64,000 nt of DNA, taken from NCBI GenBank assembly GCA_000165425.1, contig CT868669.1, positions 186,001 through 250,000 of the forward strand. The letters run 5' to 3'. Positions 27,835 through 42,274 of this stretch are shown here, in pieces. A model generated the notes under the pieces. It ran no database searches. It was not told the origin of the DNA and saw only the letters and a program-made list of their open reading frames with translations. The DNA comes from Paramecium tetraurelia (lineage: Eukaryota). How positions within the stretch are numbered: the first letter of the stretch is position 1; each line of letters begins with the position of its first letter. Position numbers and translations under genes: made by a program.

Positions 27835-28791
27835 TCATTTTTGTTTTGAGAATGGATTTTGAATAGTTTAAAATAATAAGCTAGAAAGATCTGAAATATT
27901 GTTTTATACGGTTCCAACGATGTTGTATATCAATTCTACTGATGTGATGATGGACTGATAGAGATTAGTTATTATAGCAATAGCAATTGCTATCACGTAC
28001 ATATATAATTGAATCAGTAAAATGAATTTATAGAACAAGTACTCATGAGATAGAGCATATCTCACATATAAGTTTATATAAGTGTATATCCTCAAAAATA
28101 AATCAGAAATTAATATAAAGGGAAAAATTAACACGCTAATAAGCAATGCCAAAGAGAGACCAACAAACAACTTAAGAATTGTTAGTCCAAATTTTTTTAG
28201 CCTAAAGTTAGATTTAATATTTTAATTTCTCTCTACATCTTAACTTTAAGTGATTTTATTTCCTTCTTATCTCCTGTGCTTGATTCCACGAAGCAAACTC
28301 AAAACAAAAAGTACTATATTGACACTAACCTTCCATCTCCTCATAGCATCGGAATCCCAATTAATTTCTTTTTTCTTTTTTTCCTTTTATACGTATTTAG
28401 GGTTTCTAGACTAAATCCTCTTCTTCTAGTATTTAATGGTTTATAAGCTTAACATACCCTTTTAAAACCTAGAAAATTCTTCTTTATCCCCATGATCCGT
28501 AGTATTGATCTCGATAAGTTTATCTGATTCAGTGATATTTTAAATAGCAAATTATGTATTTTTAGGATCTGAGGAAGACTCATCTTTCAATTCCTTTTTA
28601 TCTTTTATGCTGTCGGATGGTGAGAATATATTTTGTACTCCATATTTATTGTTTTCATTTATAGAATCTTTTAGAGTATCATTAATCCGATTTAAACTGT
28701 TGTCGTCTGTAATTTAAACCATTTTTGTAGTATTTGGATCCTCATTGTCCCCTCTATGATTTTGATATTCCCTATAAATTGGTTTATTCAT
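27835..28791 (-). CDS. Hypothetical membrane protein
   Basis: Code-6 frame with a 29-nt intron; hydrophilic N-terminus, WKVSVNIVLF segment and two C-terminal hydrophobic stretches. Confidence 0.6.
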
Positions 28792-29148
28792 TATTAATTA
28801 TTTTTTTTCTTAGAATATAAAATTAGAATTCAGTAATGGAGATTTATTGTTTTTATTAGAAATAAATAGCTTCCAAATGGATTTTTTATGGTTCCTCTTA
28901 ATTGTAAAGATAAAGAACTTGAATTTTATAAATAATAGCATCAAATTAATATGAATAATTATTTAACTATAATTAAAGTTCCAAATTATTTTAAGAGAAT
29001 TCTTATATTTTTTTTATTTATTTATAATTGATAAGAAATCAATATGAGAATTAAGTAATGGATTGAGTGTGAATTCAGATTTAATTTGATGATTAAGAAT
29101 GCTAAATATCAAAAACAGTCAAAAAAATAAATTAATATTTTAATAAAA

Positions 29149-29567
29149 ATGGGATGTGTAGCTTAGAAGAAAAAAGTTGAAAAGTAGATTTATAGAATGG
29201 AAACTCAAATAAAAAAGTTAGTTTAGTAGAATGAAGAGATGACAAATCAAATCAATACTATGAGAGAGTAGGAATAGTTACTATCTCAACTTTGTGAATA
29301 AAGGTCTGAAAGATAAGTATCTCCTAAATAATCTATAGAAAATAGATTTGACTGCTTTGACAGATGAATTGAATAATAGATTTGAGAAGATGAGTAATGA
29401 TCTAAAATAGATTGATATAATTTGTGAGGAATAAAAATAGGCAAAATTAAAAGAGATGTTAGATTGGAAGAACGTAAATAATGTATTAATGGTAATAGTT
29501 ATTTGATAAATTGGATAATGTATCTAAGAATAACTTATCTCAAATATCAGAAGAAGATGAATATTGA
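29149..29567 (+). CDS. Small coiled-coil protein with MGC N-terminus (putative myristoylation/palmitoylation)
   Basis: MGCVAQKKKVEKQIYRMETQIKKLVQQNEEM...; short introns; ends EEDEY*. Confidence 0.6.
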
Positions 29568-29615
29568 TTGTTATTTGTATTTTTATATATATAAATAACA
29601 AAGTGAATTATATTA

Positions 29616-32247
29616 TCATAAATACTACTACAATACTCTTTAGAGATCATTTAATTAAATGGGTTTTGTTAAGTAATCTTTCATACCTGCTTGTAAACAC
29701 TCATTTTTCTATTCATTACTTTCATAAGCAGAACATCCTATAATTGTGACATTTGTTCCGAATTTTTAGGATAATTCTAACAATTTTTTCGTTGTCTAAA
29801 TTCCATTGATACTGGGCATTTCCAAATCCATAAAAATCAATTTATAGAAGTCGTGGTTGATTTACCATTTTTTTTCACATTTCTCTATTGCAGAATAACC
29901 ATTATATGCTGAATCTACCGAATCAAATCCTCTTATAATATTATTATTATTTTACAATCTATCAAGTTTTAACCTCATCATTTCTATATTCATGCAAGTG
30001 TCATCTACAATCAAAATCTGTAAAGTCATAATGGCCTTAGTTGATCGTTTAAATATTGAGATGTGATTATGAACATAAACTTTGTGAATGCTTTCCTCTT
30101 ATTATTGTTGCATAATAATGGACTCTTCACTTTCTTAATTACGTTCTTCCAAGCTGTTCAAAGATTAAATTTCGTTTAGATCTTAAAATCCTATTTGAAA
30201 ATAGAATATTGAACCTAGAATTGATTTTATCAATGTACCTTTCTTATATTAGGACTTAAATTTGAGACCACTTTGCAAATCTTAATTCAAGTTTTACAGG
30301 ATTTGATTGCTAATTAATAATCCTAAACCAACTCCTGATTTATTCATCTTTTTATGTTCTTCACTATTTCCTTTACCAAAAGCCTGAAATATTTTGGCTT
30401 AATCTTCTTCTGTCATTCCAATTCCAGTGTCAATGACTGAAACATCCAGTTTCTGATTAACCAATGAAACTTTTATAGTAACAGAACCATCGTCTGTAAA
30501 TTTGAATGCATTGCCTAGAAGATTGATCATGATTTGTTTTAATCTGCTGGAATCTGAGTAAATATACGTTGGAGCCTTGCTTTCATAATTTATGAATAGT
30601 TTGATTTATTTTTTTTCTGCTGTAACCTAAAATAAATCAACACAACTTTCAAGTAATAAATTAAAATTAAATTTGGCTTTATTAATCTTAAATTTTCCAA
30701 CTTTTATTTAAGCTAAATCCAAAAGATCATCACTCAAATTCAATAAATATTTTGCATTGTCCAAAGCAATTTTTATTTATTTAGTGATTTTAATTGGATA
30801 ATTAACTTTCATAACTCTCCTGCATTCTTTTTCCATTATCACTGTTTATGACTAATGCTTCTATTCTTCATCAATTCCTAATTCCAACATCTCTATGATA
30901 CAATTCAAAGGTGTCCTGTATTCATGACTCACGAATGATAAGGTTGTTGATTTCTACTTGCTATAATCTTATAAAGCTTAAATATAATCTCGGTGAGTTA
31001 TGTCCCGAGTCAATATCAATATGTAGGGGGTTTCACTGATCAATGCATTGTACAACTTGACTTCGATTGTCCTTTTTTTATTTCCATCTTAAGCTTTTTA
31101 GTATCCATAAACGACAATATGTTCTTAAATAAATTCATTTTAACATTTCATCTGACTTTAGAATTCAGACTTACTCATTTAATGTGCTAACACTCTAATC
31201 TCTGATTCCAAAATCTAATGAATAATCATAAATTCTTACTGATTCCTCATGTAAAGTATCACATTTTTTTAACAAAACTGTTTTATGTTCGAGAGAATTC
31301 AAGACAGAATTCTGCCTGAGTATTTCAATCCTTTGAGATGATTATAACTGATTAGTTTGGGATCTCCTTTGATTACGAAAAGCATTATGAATGAAATTAC
31401 AAGGAATTGGGGTTTATTAGAAAGTAGAGAATGAACTCATTGAGTTTTTTTATTCTTATTACTATTTTTATTACATATCTGTTATTTATTGTTATTCAAG
31501 GCTAAACAATTTCTATAAGATCTCATCGGATGATTATGCAGCTGACAACTTTAACATATTTTCATTATGATACTCCAATTCTAATTACTTATTACATACT
31601 TTGAACAATCCTATTCCTTAAGGGAAGATGCTTAAAATCTCCAATTTATTGTCTCTAGGACTGTCATTATGACTTGGTTTGTCTTGAAATTTGATTCTGG
31701 AATGATTGTTCGTGTGACCTGCACTGTCTATTACTATTTTGTCTGGGATTTCCCCTTGAGTATAACTGTCTGTGATCTTTTTAATTTTTTTAGGTTTAGA
31801 ATTAGAAATTAAAATTAGCCAATGAATTGAAATTGCTACAATCGATAGATGGGCTTCCGTCATGGAGTTTATTGAACACAATATAAATAGAAGTAAGTCA
31901 GAAACTATGTGATGAATAATCAATAGCTTCTTAAGTTATATGGTTTATAAATTTATTTTTGTATTAAAGAACTATTTAACATTGCATAATGCTAAGACTG
32001 ACATAGAGCTTTGATTGGATCCAAAATAAATTGCTAAAAGCAAACTCCATTACTATATCAAATCAAAATATTGGATATATTCTTTGATTTAAGTGATGAA
32101 ACATAATATAATTCTTAAACCCTAAACTAATACTATCAATATTGCTATTAATATTGTGCCATTTCCAAAGATATTTTGAAACATTACCAATAGAGTCATA
32201 ATAATCGTTGGCAAGTTGTCTTTAAACACTCTTTTGAATCTATTCAT
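29616..32247 (-). CDS. Membrane hybrid histidine kinase (HisKA-HATPase_c-REC), HK1
   Basis: H-box SHEYRTPLN, N-box INLLGNAFKFT, DTGIG, GVGLGL; receiver ILIVDD...LIFMDLEMP...YLTKP. Confidence 0.92.
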
Positions 32248-32876
32248 ATAACAAAAATTAATTTATTTATATATTCAATTAAGTTATCACCAAAATCCTT
32301 AAAGCGTATTCTCCATTTAAATGTTAAATTTCCATGTCATCTTCCTTCTCCGTCCCAAATTCCATCAATTCTTGGACATGCCTTACACAAATACTTCTTT
32401 TAAAAATATTATCATAAAAGTCAGTTTATTCATTTTGTTTCTATTATAACAATTAAAGAAAATAATTATTGTTGTCATCAAATAAATTATAATAATTTAA
32501 TTTTGGATTGCTTACACAAACTTAAATTACAAATTTGAATCCTATTGAACATAAAAAGAGTAACCTTTGTAAATCCATCCCTCAACTATATTGATTTCAT
32601 TTCTATAATCTTCATTAAATAATGCCGACTTAAAGATTCTAATTTCTCAGTGTGTATTCTAATTTAAAATATGGAGTTCTCAAAATTACATATATAATAA
32701 TTCAAACAATTGTAAATTTTTGATTGTGCATCAATGCAAACAATTAACTACAAAAAATCATTCAATATATCATATTAAACTCATCTTATTAAGTTTCTCG
32801 CATTTTAAAGAATTAAGAATTATCTAAAATTAATTAATAAAATTTTAGAATAAATTACACACTAATAATCTATTGG

Positions 32877-33671
32877 ATGGATAAAAGATTCAAACATACT
32901 TTAGTTGCCCATAAAATATGTCCTTACTGTATGAAAGTCCTAACAGTTATGAGACACAAAAATGTGAAATTCGAAATCAAATTCATTGAAACTCACAATA
33001 AACCAGAATGGTTTCTTAGAATTAGTCCTCTAGGGAGCGTACCCATTCTAATCATAGGAGAAGAAAGTATTTATTATTCATAATTATTAGTTGTTTTATC
33101 AGAATCGGCAGTAATTATGGAATATATTGACGAAATCACTCCTCCTAAATTGATGCCAGATGATCCTCTAGAGAAAGCTATAGACAGAGCCAAGTTCGAA
33201 TTTTCCAATGAGATTATTCGAAATCTTTATTCTTTCATTTTCTCTACTGAATAAGAAGTAATTCTCAATATTAAAATTATAGAAATTTGTTAGATAAAAA
33301 GAATGGCTAATGAAACATTTCAAATGGATCGAAGAATGGTTAAAGGACAAAAAGTACATAAACGGAAATGAGCTATCCCTGGTGGACCTAAGTTTTGTTC
33401 CATTGTTTGTTGCATTGAATATGCTCAAATCTACATTACCATGTGATATGTTGAAAGACTTTAAAAGAGTAATCTATAGTCTCTAACATAGTTAAAAATG
33501 TATGGAGAAATGATAACATCCTTGCCTTGTGTGAAAACTGGGAGAGTTCCAGATTATGAATTTCTGATGATCGATGGCATCAAGAGTCAGAATACAGTTC
33601 TCTATAGATCTAATCCATGTTACTTCAATAACGGTGTTAAGCCTTAAGGATGTTGTCTCTTTCGTAATTGA
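32877..33671 (+). CDS. Glutathione S-transferase (Cys-type, CPYC active site)
   Basis: ICPYC, KPEWFLRISPLGSVPIL, ESAVIMEYIDE, LSLVDL; three short introns. Confidence 0.9.
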
Positions 33672-34559
33672 TTAGTTTTATAAATCAATTTTTCTTCCTT
33701 ATTATTGCTAATTTCATTCTAATAAGAATTCAATTCCTTCTTGTTTGTTCTAAGTAACCACAGTTTGAAGATGATAATGAAATTAGAATTAAGTATAATA
33801 AAATCTTTTAAAAGGCTAAAAATCTATTACAAAGCCTAAAGTTATTGATTATTTGTATAGTTTAGAAAAATTAGTTTAATTTTCAAGAAAATTCTTTGTT
33901 CTAAAAAAAATATAGTATATATAGAATTGCATCTTCTTCTTTATTAAGTCCAAATTTAAATAATAAAAGATATTACATCATTAAAAGCTACTTTTTCCAT
34001 GTATTCTCAAAATTAACATAATTATGCTGAATTTGTTTGTAATGCAATTGTTATAAGTAATGAATTCAATTCATGGATGACTTGTATATCGATTAAAATA
34101 GGAGTATAGATTAAAAAGAATTTCATAATCCTTTTACGATTAGAAATGGTAATTGTGAAAGGACTATTAATAGAATTTTAACAATATTGGATTTCAATTA
34201 AATTAGAGATTACAAACCAAATGGATAATAATTTTAAAGCTCATGTATCTCATTATAAAAAAAATCAAGGTGAAAATATTATCATTTTAACTTCATTTAA
34301 TAATGAAGGACAACACTTAGTTATTATTCAATAATAATATTATTAAAATTATTTAAGACATAATCTTCTTTTCTAAACATCTTCTCAATTATAAGTTATT
34401 CTGTTATGTTATTTGAGTAAGTCTAAAAATCAAAAACCTTAAAGAGAATTGTTGAAATATCAGTAAAAACAGATTTGCTAGAATTCTACAAAGAAAACTC
34501 TAATAAATAATTATAGGTGGATAATTATCAAAGTAGATGACTAAATATTCATTTAGAAT

Positions 34560-36497
34560 TCATGAATCTTCCTCTTAATTTTCGTTGATGTTGTTGGTTT
34601 CATGTACTTTATAAAAACTACCTTTTGAGTTTTTAAGAAGTTTTCCTAATTCTGAATCTATTTATTTGGTTAATTTGAAATTTATGTTTTTTTAGCAAGG
34701 ATTTACATAAGGACTATCTTCCATTTCTTCACTCACTGTCTTATAGGCCTAAAATATGGGGATATTTGTATACTTCTTATAGAGATGTAAAAAGTTCTTC
34801 GTTGAGTTAATCAAGATTATTAGTCTTGATTTCAGATTATTTATTCATATCTTCAGCCACTTCTAATCTTGTAGGGACATTGTGGTCCTATCCCAAAGCA
34901 ATGATTGGTTTTGGAGTGAAATTGAATAAAATAATTTGAGGTTTTTATAATAGAACATTCTTTAGTTTTGTTATCTCTTATAACTAATGGAGAATATTGT
35001 GCAAATCTAATTCGCTATTGATTTTTAACCTTAAAAATATACATTGTAATTTACATAGCTTTAGTGAAGAATTCAGAATTGTTATTATTCAAAAAATAAC
35101 CACAACTCATTTGATGAATCAATATTTTTACATTTAACCTTATTGGAGATGTCCGTTCCATTAATTTATTAATGAATTATTTCCAATCTCCCTTATTTAA
35201 CTCAGAATTCTGTAAGTTTTAAAGTTTATTAGTTAATTCTTCAGGAATAGACCCTCTTTATTCAGTCTTCTAAGTAAGTGCAACTTTTCTCAGAAATGAT
35301 CTATTTGTCACTTCTTTAAAATCATAAAGTTTATTTGATAGTTCAATAAGCATAGATGTTCTATTGTAAAAGGCAATGAAGAAACCAAAGACAACTTTAA
35401 ATATCTACATGAATCCTCCAAGATATGATAAGAGATCCCCGACTTTTTGATAATTCCTGTTGATTATTTCTGTAAATGGACTTCTTCTTAAATACAGAGT
35501 TGCAAAATTAGTGTCAGTGTCTCTCCCGAGTTCGGTTAGATCTCTGAAATCTTCTGCCTTTCTTATTATCAAATTCTCAGTTTCAATGTCTCTATAAATT
35601 TAGAATGAATATGAATACTCATAAGGCAATAAACTTTGATCATTGTTGACTACATACTATCTGAAATAGACATTTGCTAGTCTGGCCAATTTGTAAGGTA
35701 CAAAAGAAAAGTACATATCACTATCTAAATACATAGTCTTATAGTTTTTTGCTTGTTAGGGATTAACCATAGAATTTATTTGAAACACCTGTAATTTAAA
35801 CTAGCCTTCGCTTTTTAAATAGTTGTTCTTCTGTTCATCATTTGCGCATTGCGGATTCCAAAACGATGAATTTGTATTATTTTTACACCCAGTTACAACA
35901 ATCTTGATGAATTTGAATACTTCACTTGAATATGTGCCTTCCAACTGCAAAGTATAATTCGGACTATTAAAATAAATTTTTTTTACGCTGGGCATAACCA
36001 TTTATTCATTGACAAATAATTAAACTCATCATTAAAATCAACGTCCAACCCCTACTCCTATCCAACATTGTTGAATCTATCCAAAGTGCAAGGTTATAGA
36101 GGAATTTGAATAGTCTATTTCTCTAGAGATCCATCCAATGATCTTGTATATATTCTAACTCAATAAATTCTTACCTTTGCTCTACTGAAATGTTAAAGAA
36201 GGGGTTAGAGGTGAAATTGCTTTGGTCAATTGATAAAGCAAACATAGCATTCTAATCGTTCATTTCCATAAAATCAGGGTCATTCGAAAAAGTAGTCTAA
36301 GAATTATAAAATACATTGGCTCTGCTAAAAAAATCTGATATGTTTGAAAAAAATATTATGCTAAGTAGACAGATAATGAGAATGGAGGAGCATCCACCAA
36401 ATGAAGTTGTGTAGTTTGCATTCTTATTCATATTTAATGTAATTGTTTATCCAAAAATATCGATTTTTTCCAAACCTTTCTGTAAGGAGTTTATCAT
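34560..36497 (-). CDS. Ciliate 2-TM large-ectodomain family protein, paralogue 3
   Basis: LEKIDIFGQ...TSFGG-TM1...YQKVGDLLSYLGG-TM2...FNFTPKP. Confidence 0.8.
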
Positions 36498-36683
36498 TAA
36501 TTATTTATTTAATTAATAATGATAACAAAACATTAATTCTGAACATACTCAGATTGAATTCCAAAATAAAAACAAAATCATTTGAAATAAAATTTGATTG
36601 ACATCAATTTAATTATTCGTATTTTTAATAATAATATTAATATTCTTATTGAAATTATTATGAGATATACACCAGTATAAAAT

Positions 36684-38669
36684 TCAATCGCTTTAGTGAA
36701 AATCTTCTTAATTATTATTATTGTTTTATATTTCAGTAGATTTTATGCCATTTCTGCGTTAGTTCTAAATAGGTTTTAAAATGCTCTTTATGTCTGATCC
36801 TATAAGCTAAGTTAACTTTAAATTGATATTCATTTGGCAGATGTTTGCGTTTGATCTTTCAACCTCCTCTGCTATTTCCTTGTAAGCCTAAGGTCTTTAC
36901 AATATATTACTTCTTCAATTCTTAAAAACAAATCTTCGTTAAGAGTATCTTCTTTGGCCTTGATATACGATTGCCCAGTCTCCAAATCCTCAACTGAATA
37001 CCGAGATGGAACAACCTATTCCTTGCCTAAAGTGACTATGGGCTTCGGAGAAAAATTAAATAAAATTATTTAGGATTTTCTTAATAACACTGATTTAAGC
37101 TTGTTTATCTCCTGTAATTGATAAAGGATACTGTGCAAATCTAATTCACTATTGATTTTATTCCTAAAATTGAGATAATGACTTACATTGCCTTCTCTAA
37201 AAAGTCTGAATTTTTATTTTTTAAAAGATAGCCAAATGTCAATTAATTTATGAAAATTCTCAAATTAAAAGTAATTGGTTTTGATTTTTTCACTAATTAT
37301 TTTATGTAATGTTTCCATTCAACTTTATAGAGCTCTTATGAACTATTTATTTGATTTATGGGATTGGATTCTTATTTTTCAACAGGTGACCCTATTTATT
37401 CAGTGTACTTCAATGTTTTAATTGTGCGGTACTGTTTCAACTGATTACCATCTTGGAAATCGTAAAGTTTATTAGCCAATTCAATTAACATTGATGTTCT
37501 ATTATAAAATGCAATTACAAATCCAAAAATAACCTTCATGATCTGCATGAACCCTCCCAGGTAAGAAAGCAACTCACCTAACTTTTAGTATTTCCTGTTT
37601 ATAGTTTCAGTGAAAGGACTTCGCCTTAAATATACAATAGCATAATTATCATCTGTATCTCTACCCAGTTCGGTGAGATCTCGGAAATCTTCAGCCTTTC
37701 TGACTATGATCTTCTCTTATTCTATGTCTCTAAGGAAAATGTATAAATATCATACTCGTATGGCATAATGCTTTGGTCTTTATTGACAACGAACTATCGA
37801 TAGTAAACATTAGCCAATCTAGCCAATTTGTAAGGCACAAATGAAAAATACATATCACTATCTATATATATGCTTTTATATTAATTGGGTTTCAATGGAT
37901 TGACTACAGTGTTAATTTAAAAGATTTATAATTTAAACTGTCCAGTTGAGGCTAGATATTTGGCCTTTTCTGCAGAAGAACTACAAGTTGGATTCCAAAG
38001 ACTATCACTAGTTTGATTTTATGCTTTGCAATCTTTAACTGTAATTTTTATGAATTTAAAAGTCTCACTTGAATAAGTTCCTTACATCTAAAAAGTAAAG
38101 TTAGATCTTAGGTTTAACTAATATAAAAATACTTAGGACATAACATTTTACTCATTCCTAAAAAATTAAACTACTCAGTAAAATCTAATCCTTGCTGCAG
38201 AAATATATTATTAAACCTCTCTAATGTACATGGTTACATCGCAACTTCTACGGTTAGCTTTGTGAGAGTGCCATTTATACTTCTTAAGTAAATCCTAAAA
38301 ATGACAAACGAACTTAAATACTTTTATTCAACAGTAATATTGAAGTAAGGGTTTGTTGTAAAATTGACTTAATCGATAGATAAAGCAAACATAGAGTTGT
38401 CTTCCATCATTTCCATTAAACCTGGATCGTTGGAGAATTATATTTCACTATCATAGAAAACATTGTCTTTGCCAAAAAATTCAACAATGTTCGAAAAGAA
38501 AATGAGACTAAGTAAAATAATAATCAAAATTGATGCAATCCCACCAAAGGCTGTTGTGTAATTAGCATTCTTATTCATGTTTAGAGTTATATTTTATCCA
38601 AAGATATCGATTTTTGCAAGAGCTAATATAATACATGTTGTTACAATTCCGAAGGACATTGAAGTTCAT
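36684..38669 (-). CDS. Ciliate 2-TM large-ectodomain family protein, paralogue 4 (close tandem duplicate of paralogue 3)
   Basis: LAKIDIFGQ...YQKLGELLSYLGG-TM2; shares DSDMYFSFVPYKLARLANV and DFRDLTELGRDTD with paralogue 3. Confidence 0.8.
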
Positions 38670-39020
38670 CTCAAATCAAAAATAATATTTATTAAAATTA
38701 AAAACATATATCATATTATTTTATGCTTATTAGGAATCAGTAATTAAATTTGATTGACTTTTCAAGTTAACTAAACTATCAAATCTCTAGTAGAGTTGAC
38801 TGATAGAGTAAAGCGATGCAAAATATTGTTGATAATTCTGTTATAAAAATTCAAAGAATAGTTGATATTAATATTAAATTAATTAATAATAACTTATATT
38901 TTATAAGTATTTTTTTCCTTATTTTTTAATATATAAATTTATTAGCGATTAAATAATATAAAGCCGTCCTGATAGAATTTCATAATTTCATAAATATATT
39001 TTTGAATATTATCTCTAGAG

Positions 39021-39602
39021 ATGGCTATGCAAGAAGCTTTCGATAATGAGTATAATCCTTTTCATCACATTATGAATGAAAATTAGGATTCAAATCCTCA
39101 ATATGAACAAATGAGTTTTCAACCATTAGCCATTGAAATCAAGGACTTTGATTAATTGATTAACTAAAATTAGATGCCTCATACTCAATAATTGACCAAC
39201 AATTAGGAGAATGATTAATCTAGAGTGGATTATAAAAACTTACCTAAGTTAATAGGCAATCATTTCTATAAATACATTGAACAAAACAATATCACTAAAA
39301 CAAAAGGAGTCTAGAACTTTTGCAATTAAAGATAAAAAAAAGAGAAAGGAACCAAAACAGAAAAGCAATTATCAACTAAAATTTCAGATTTAAGGGAAGT
39401 ATGCAAAGCAGATCCCTAATCTAAAACCAATTTTAAGAGGTTCATTAAAAAATAACTATTTATCGATTTGATACATAGTTCTAAAATTGAAGACCCATTA
39501 AAATATATTGATGGAATAAGTACTTACTACGCTACGGCTGATGAACCAGATAAAATGATCAGCAGCCATATCATAAGTTCCAAAAAAACAAAAAAGTCAT
39601 GA
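39021..39602 (+). CDS. Hypothetical protein (193 aa)
   Basis: Intronless code-6 ORF MAMQEAFDNEY...YKNLPKLIGNHF...HSSKIEDPLKY...KKS*. Confidence 0.7.
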
Positions 39603-40079
39603 GATTTTATATATTTTATCTTCTTTATATTGCATTTATTTCATTTTCTATCAATTAGAATTCTTACTTTTGGATAATAACTATCCAATCGTAAAAATGC
39701 TATAAACGATCTTTCATTCCTAAAAGATATTGACATAACTGCCTAGTCTTTGATTACTATCAAATTAAAGGTGCCTCAATTGATTTAGGTATGATTGTGA
39801 TAATTTTAAAGTAAAGATTAGAGGATTTGAATTTTCATTTTTTATCAACTTTTATCCAAGAATAACATTGATTTTTTATGTCCATTTATGTTTAACATAG
39901 AGGATTCAATATAATTTCAAGGGTGAATATTAAAAAATAGATATTTATAAATATCAGTTCTTTAGTTAATTTTTGAAGTATTTTTGGGCTCTTTTAGACT
40001 GAAAGAAAATAAGTTTTTTGGAACCTGAGTACTTATAATATATATTGAATATGTTTTTATGTTTTATGTGATATTGAAT

Positions 40080-40675
40080 TCATGCAAAGGTCTTTTTTGT
40101 CATAATGTTGTAGAAGTCTTCAAATGTCACTTAAGCATCTCCATCTGAGTCAGCTCTATCAATCATTTCTTGCAATTCTGAGTCGTCCATGGTTTCTCCC
40201 AATTCTTTTGCTACCTTTCTAAGGTCCTTTAAGGTGACGACTCCTGCTCTTTCAGAATCGAATAAATTAAAGACTTTCTATTATGATTTAAGATATAATA
40301 TACTTAGATATCGGCTTTAGAATCTCTTTCACTAATTCTGGCAGTCATCAATTTCAAGAATTCTGCAAAATCAATTTAACCGCTTCCATCTGTATCTAAA
40401 TCACTAATCATTTAGTAAATGGTTTGATTTTTTGCTTCAAATCCCAAAGAAGTCATTGCAGCTTTTAATTCCTTTGGATCAATGGATTAGGTGCTTGATA
40501 ATGATACAATTAAATACCCGTCTGTGTCAAATAAGTCAAATGCTTCCTTGATTTCCAAGACTTCCTCTTCGGTCAAACCAGGTTTAACAAATTCAGCTGG
40601 GTTGAATTTTCCTGGTTGATTCTTCTAAGCAGGGGGAGCTTATTAGGGTGGTGGTTACTATCCTCTTCGTGCCAT
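40080..40675 (-). CDS. ICL1: Infraciliary-lattice centrin, ICL1 subfamily
   Basis: [53 protein letters not shown]...[13 protein letters not shown]-hands; two introns. Confidence 0.93.
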
Positions 40676-40892
40676 TTATTAAGAAATATAATTATTTATT
40701 AAAAGATATTCACTAATTTATTTCTGTATTTCTAATATTTATTTTTCTCTTATTAGAATAAAAACAATAATAAAAAATTCGTTTTTGGACCACCTCTTAA
40801 GGTCATCCAGTTTTGGGAATACTTTGAGGAAGGAGAAGATTCCAATTATTTGCAATTAATAAAAACTATAATTTAAATATAAATTAATAATA

Positions 40893-42220
40893 ATGAATAT
40901 TAGTGATAGAGATGTGGATATTGAGCCTATGGATTAAAAATCAAAAACCCATCCTGTTTAAGATGAAAGATAAGCATTTTTCAATTTTATTAAATCAATA
41001 ATTGGGATTGGTGCAATTACCTTTCCTTTTGCAGCTAACAAAGTAGGATGGTTAGGTTCAATTTTAATAACAATACCAGTACTCTTTTGCACTATAAAGT
41101 ATTTTTATTTACATTTATGATCTAATACATTCTTAATCGAAGTGGCAGATTATTACTCAAATAGGAAATTGCTTTTTGGAGATATAGTTGAATTAACTTT
41201 GAAATGGGTTTGGCCATAGATAACTAATATAATGATCATTCTCTCATAGATTGGAGTTTGTTGTGCCTACCTAATCTTCTTATATCAATCGACAGATGTT
41301 GTTCTGAATTAAATCAATATTCCCTTATCGAAATTCACTATTTTCTCCTTAACATTGATATTGATCATTCCTTTGTCTTTGATAAGGAAGATGAAATACT
41401 TTCATCAAGTAAGCAAAGTAGGTTTTTATGTTAATCTACTTACATTTATCATAATATTCATTGATTGTTTGACAATTGTATATCATGAAGGAATTTCATA
41501 CGGACCCAGTATAAATTTAAAAAGTATTATTATAATATATGTAGACACATTTTCATTCATTGGGATAGCATGTTTAACACTCTAATGTAATTTGACAATT
41601 CTGCCCATCAGAAATGATATGATAAATAAGCAACCATTTCAGAGATACTAAGAATTATCATTGTATATATGTTTTTTAATTGCAATCTTAATTACAACCT
41701 TTGCCATTTGGGGTTATAAGGACAATCTTAATTAAATAATCATCTTTAATATTTAGAACCTCTATCTAAGATCAATCACTATGATTGCTTATGGAATTTG
41801 TATTTTAATGACATATGCACTTCAACTATTTCCTGCTGTCTAAATTATCGAATAGCATATATCATAACTTGCTTATCAGAAATTTGACTAGGCTGAAGAT
41901 GAAAATGAGAGTGTATTTGTGTTAGACAAAAGTTCTTTAATTATCAGAGGACTTTTAATGTTGACAATCTACATAATATCATACAAGATACCTGATCTTT
42001 CATAATTTATTAATCTAATTGGAAGCTTTTTCGGTTCATTTTGTTAAGTAATATGGATTTTAGATTTATATAGTTTTTAATACCATTATTAGCCCATTGG
42101 ATTTGTTTCAAGAATTAGGAAGCTAGTCTGAGATTGAAATTAGAATATTTTGTAATGTCTATATTTACTGTCTTGGCTATAGTATTTGGATCATATGAAT
42201 CAATCAAAGGGTTGATTTGA
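40893..42220 (+). CDS. Amino acid/auxin permease (AAAP, Aa_trans) family transporter
   Basis: AFFNFIKSIIGIGAITFPFAANKVGW, SQIGVCCAYLIF, TYALQLFPAVQIIE, IPDLSQFINLIGS. Confidence 0.88.
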
Positions 42221-42274
42221 ATTAATATACATTAAAATTGAGATTAAATTTAATTTATAGTGCATAATTGAAAA

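Noticed and set aside
32877..33671. Selenocysteine (TGA) recoding in the redox gene
   Set aside because: The active site is CPYC with normal Cys codons; no conserved in-frame TGA.
32260..34550. Coding-like fragments in the spacers 32260-32870 and 33680-34550 (also 9860-10350, 48560-49080, 61740-62200)
   Set aside because: No recognisable motifs; long open frames arise by chance when TGA is the only stop. They may be gene relics, but this is unsupported.
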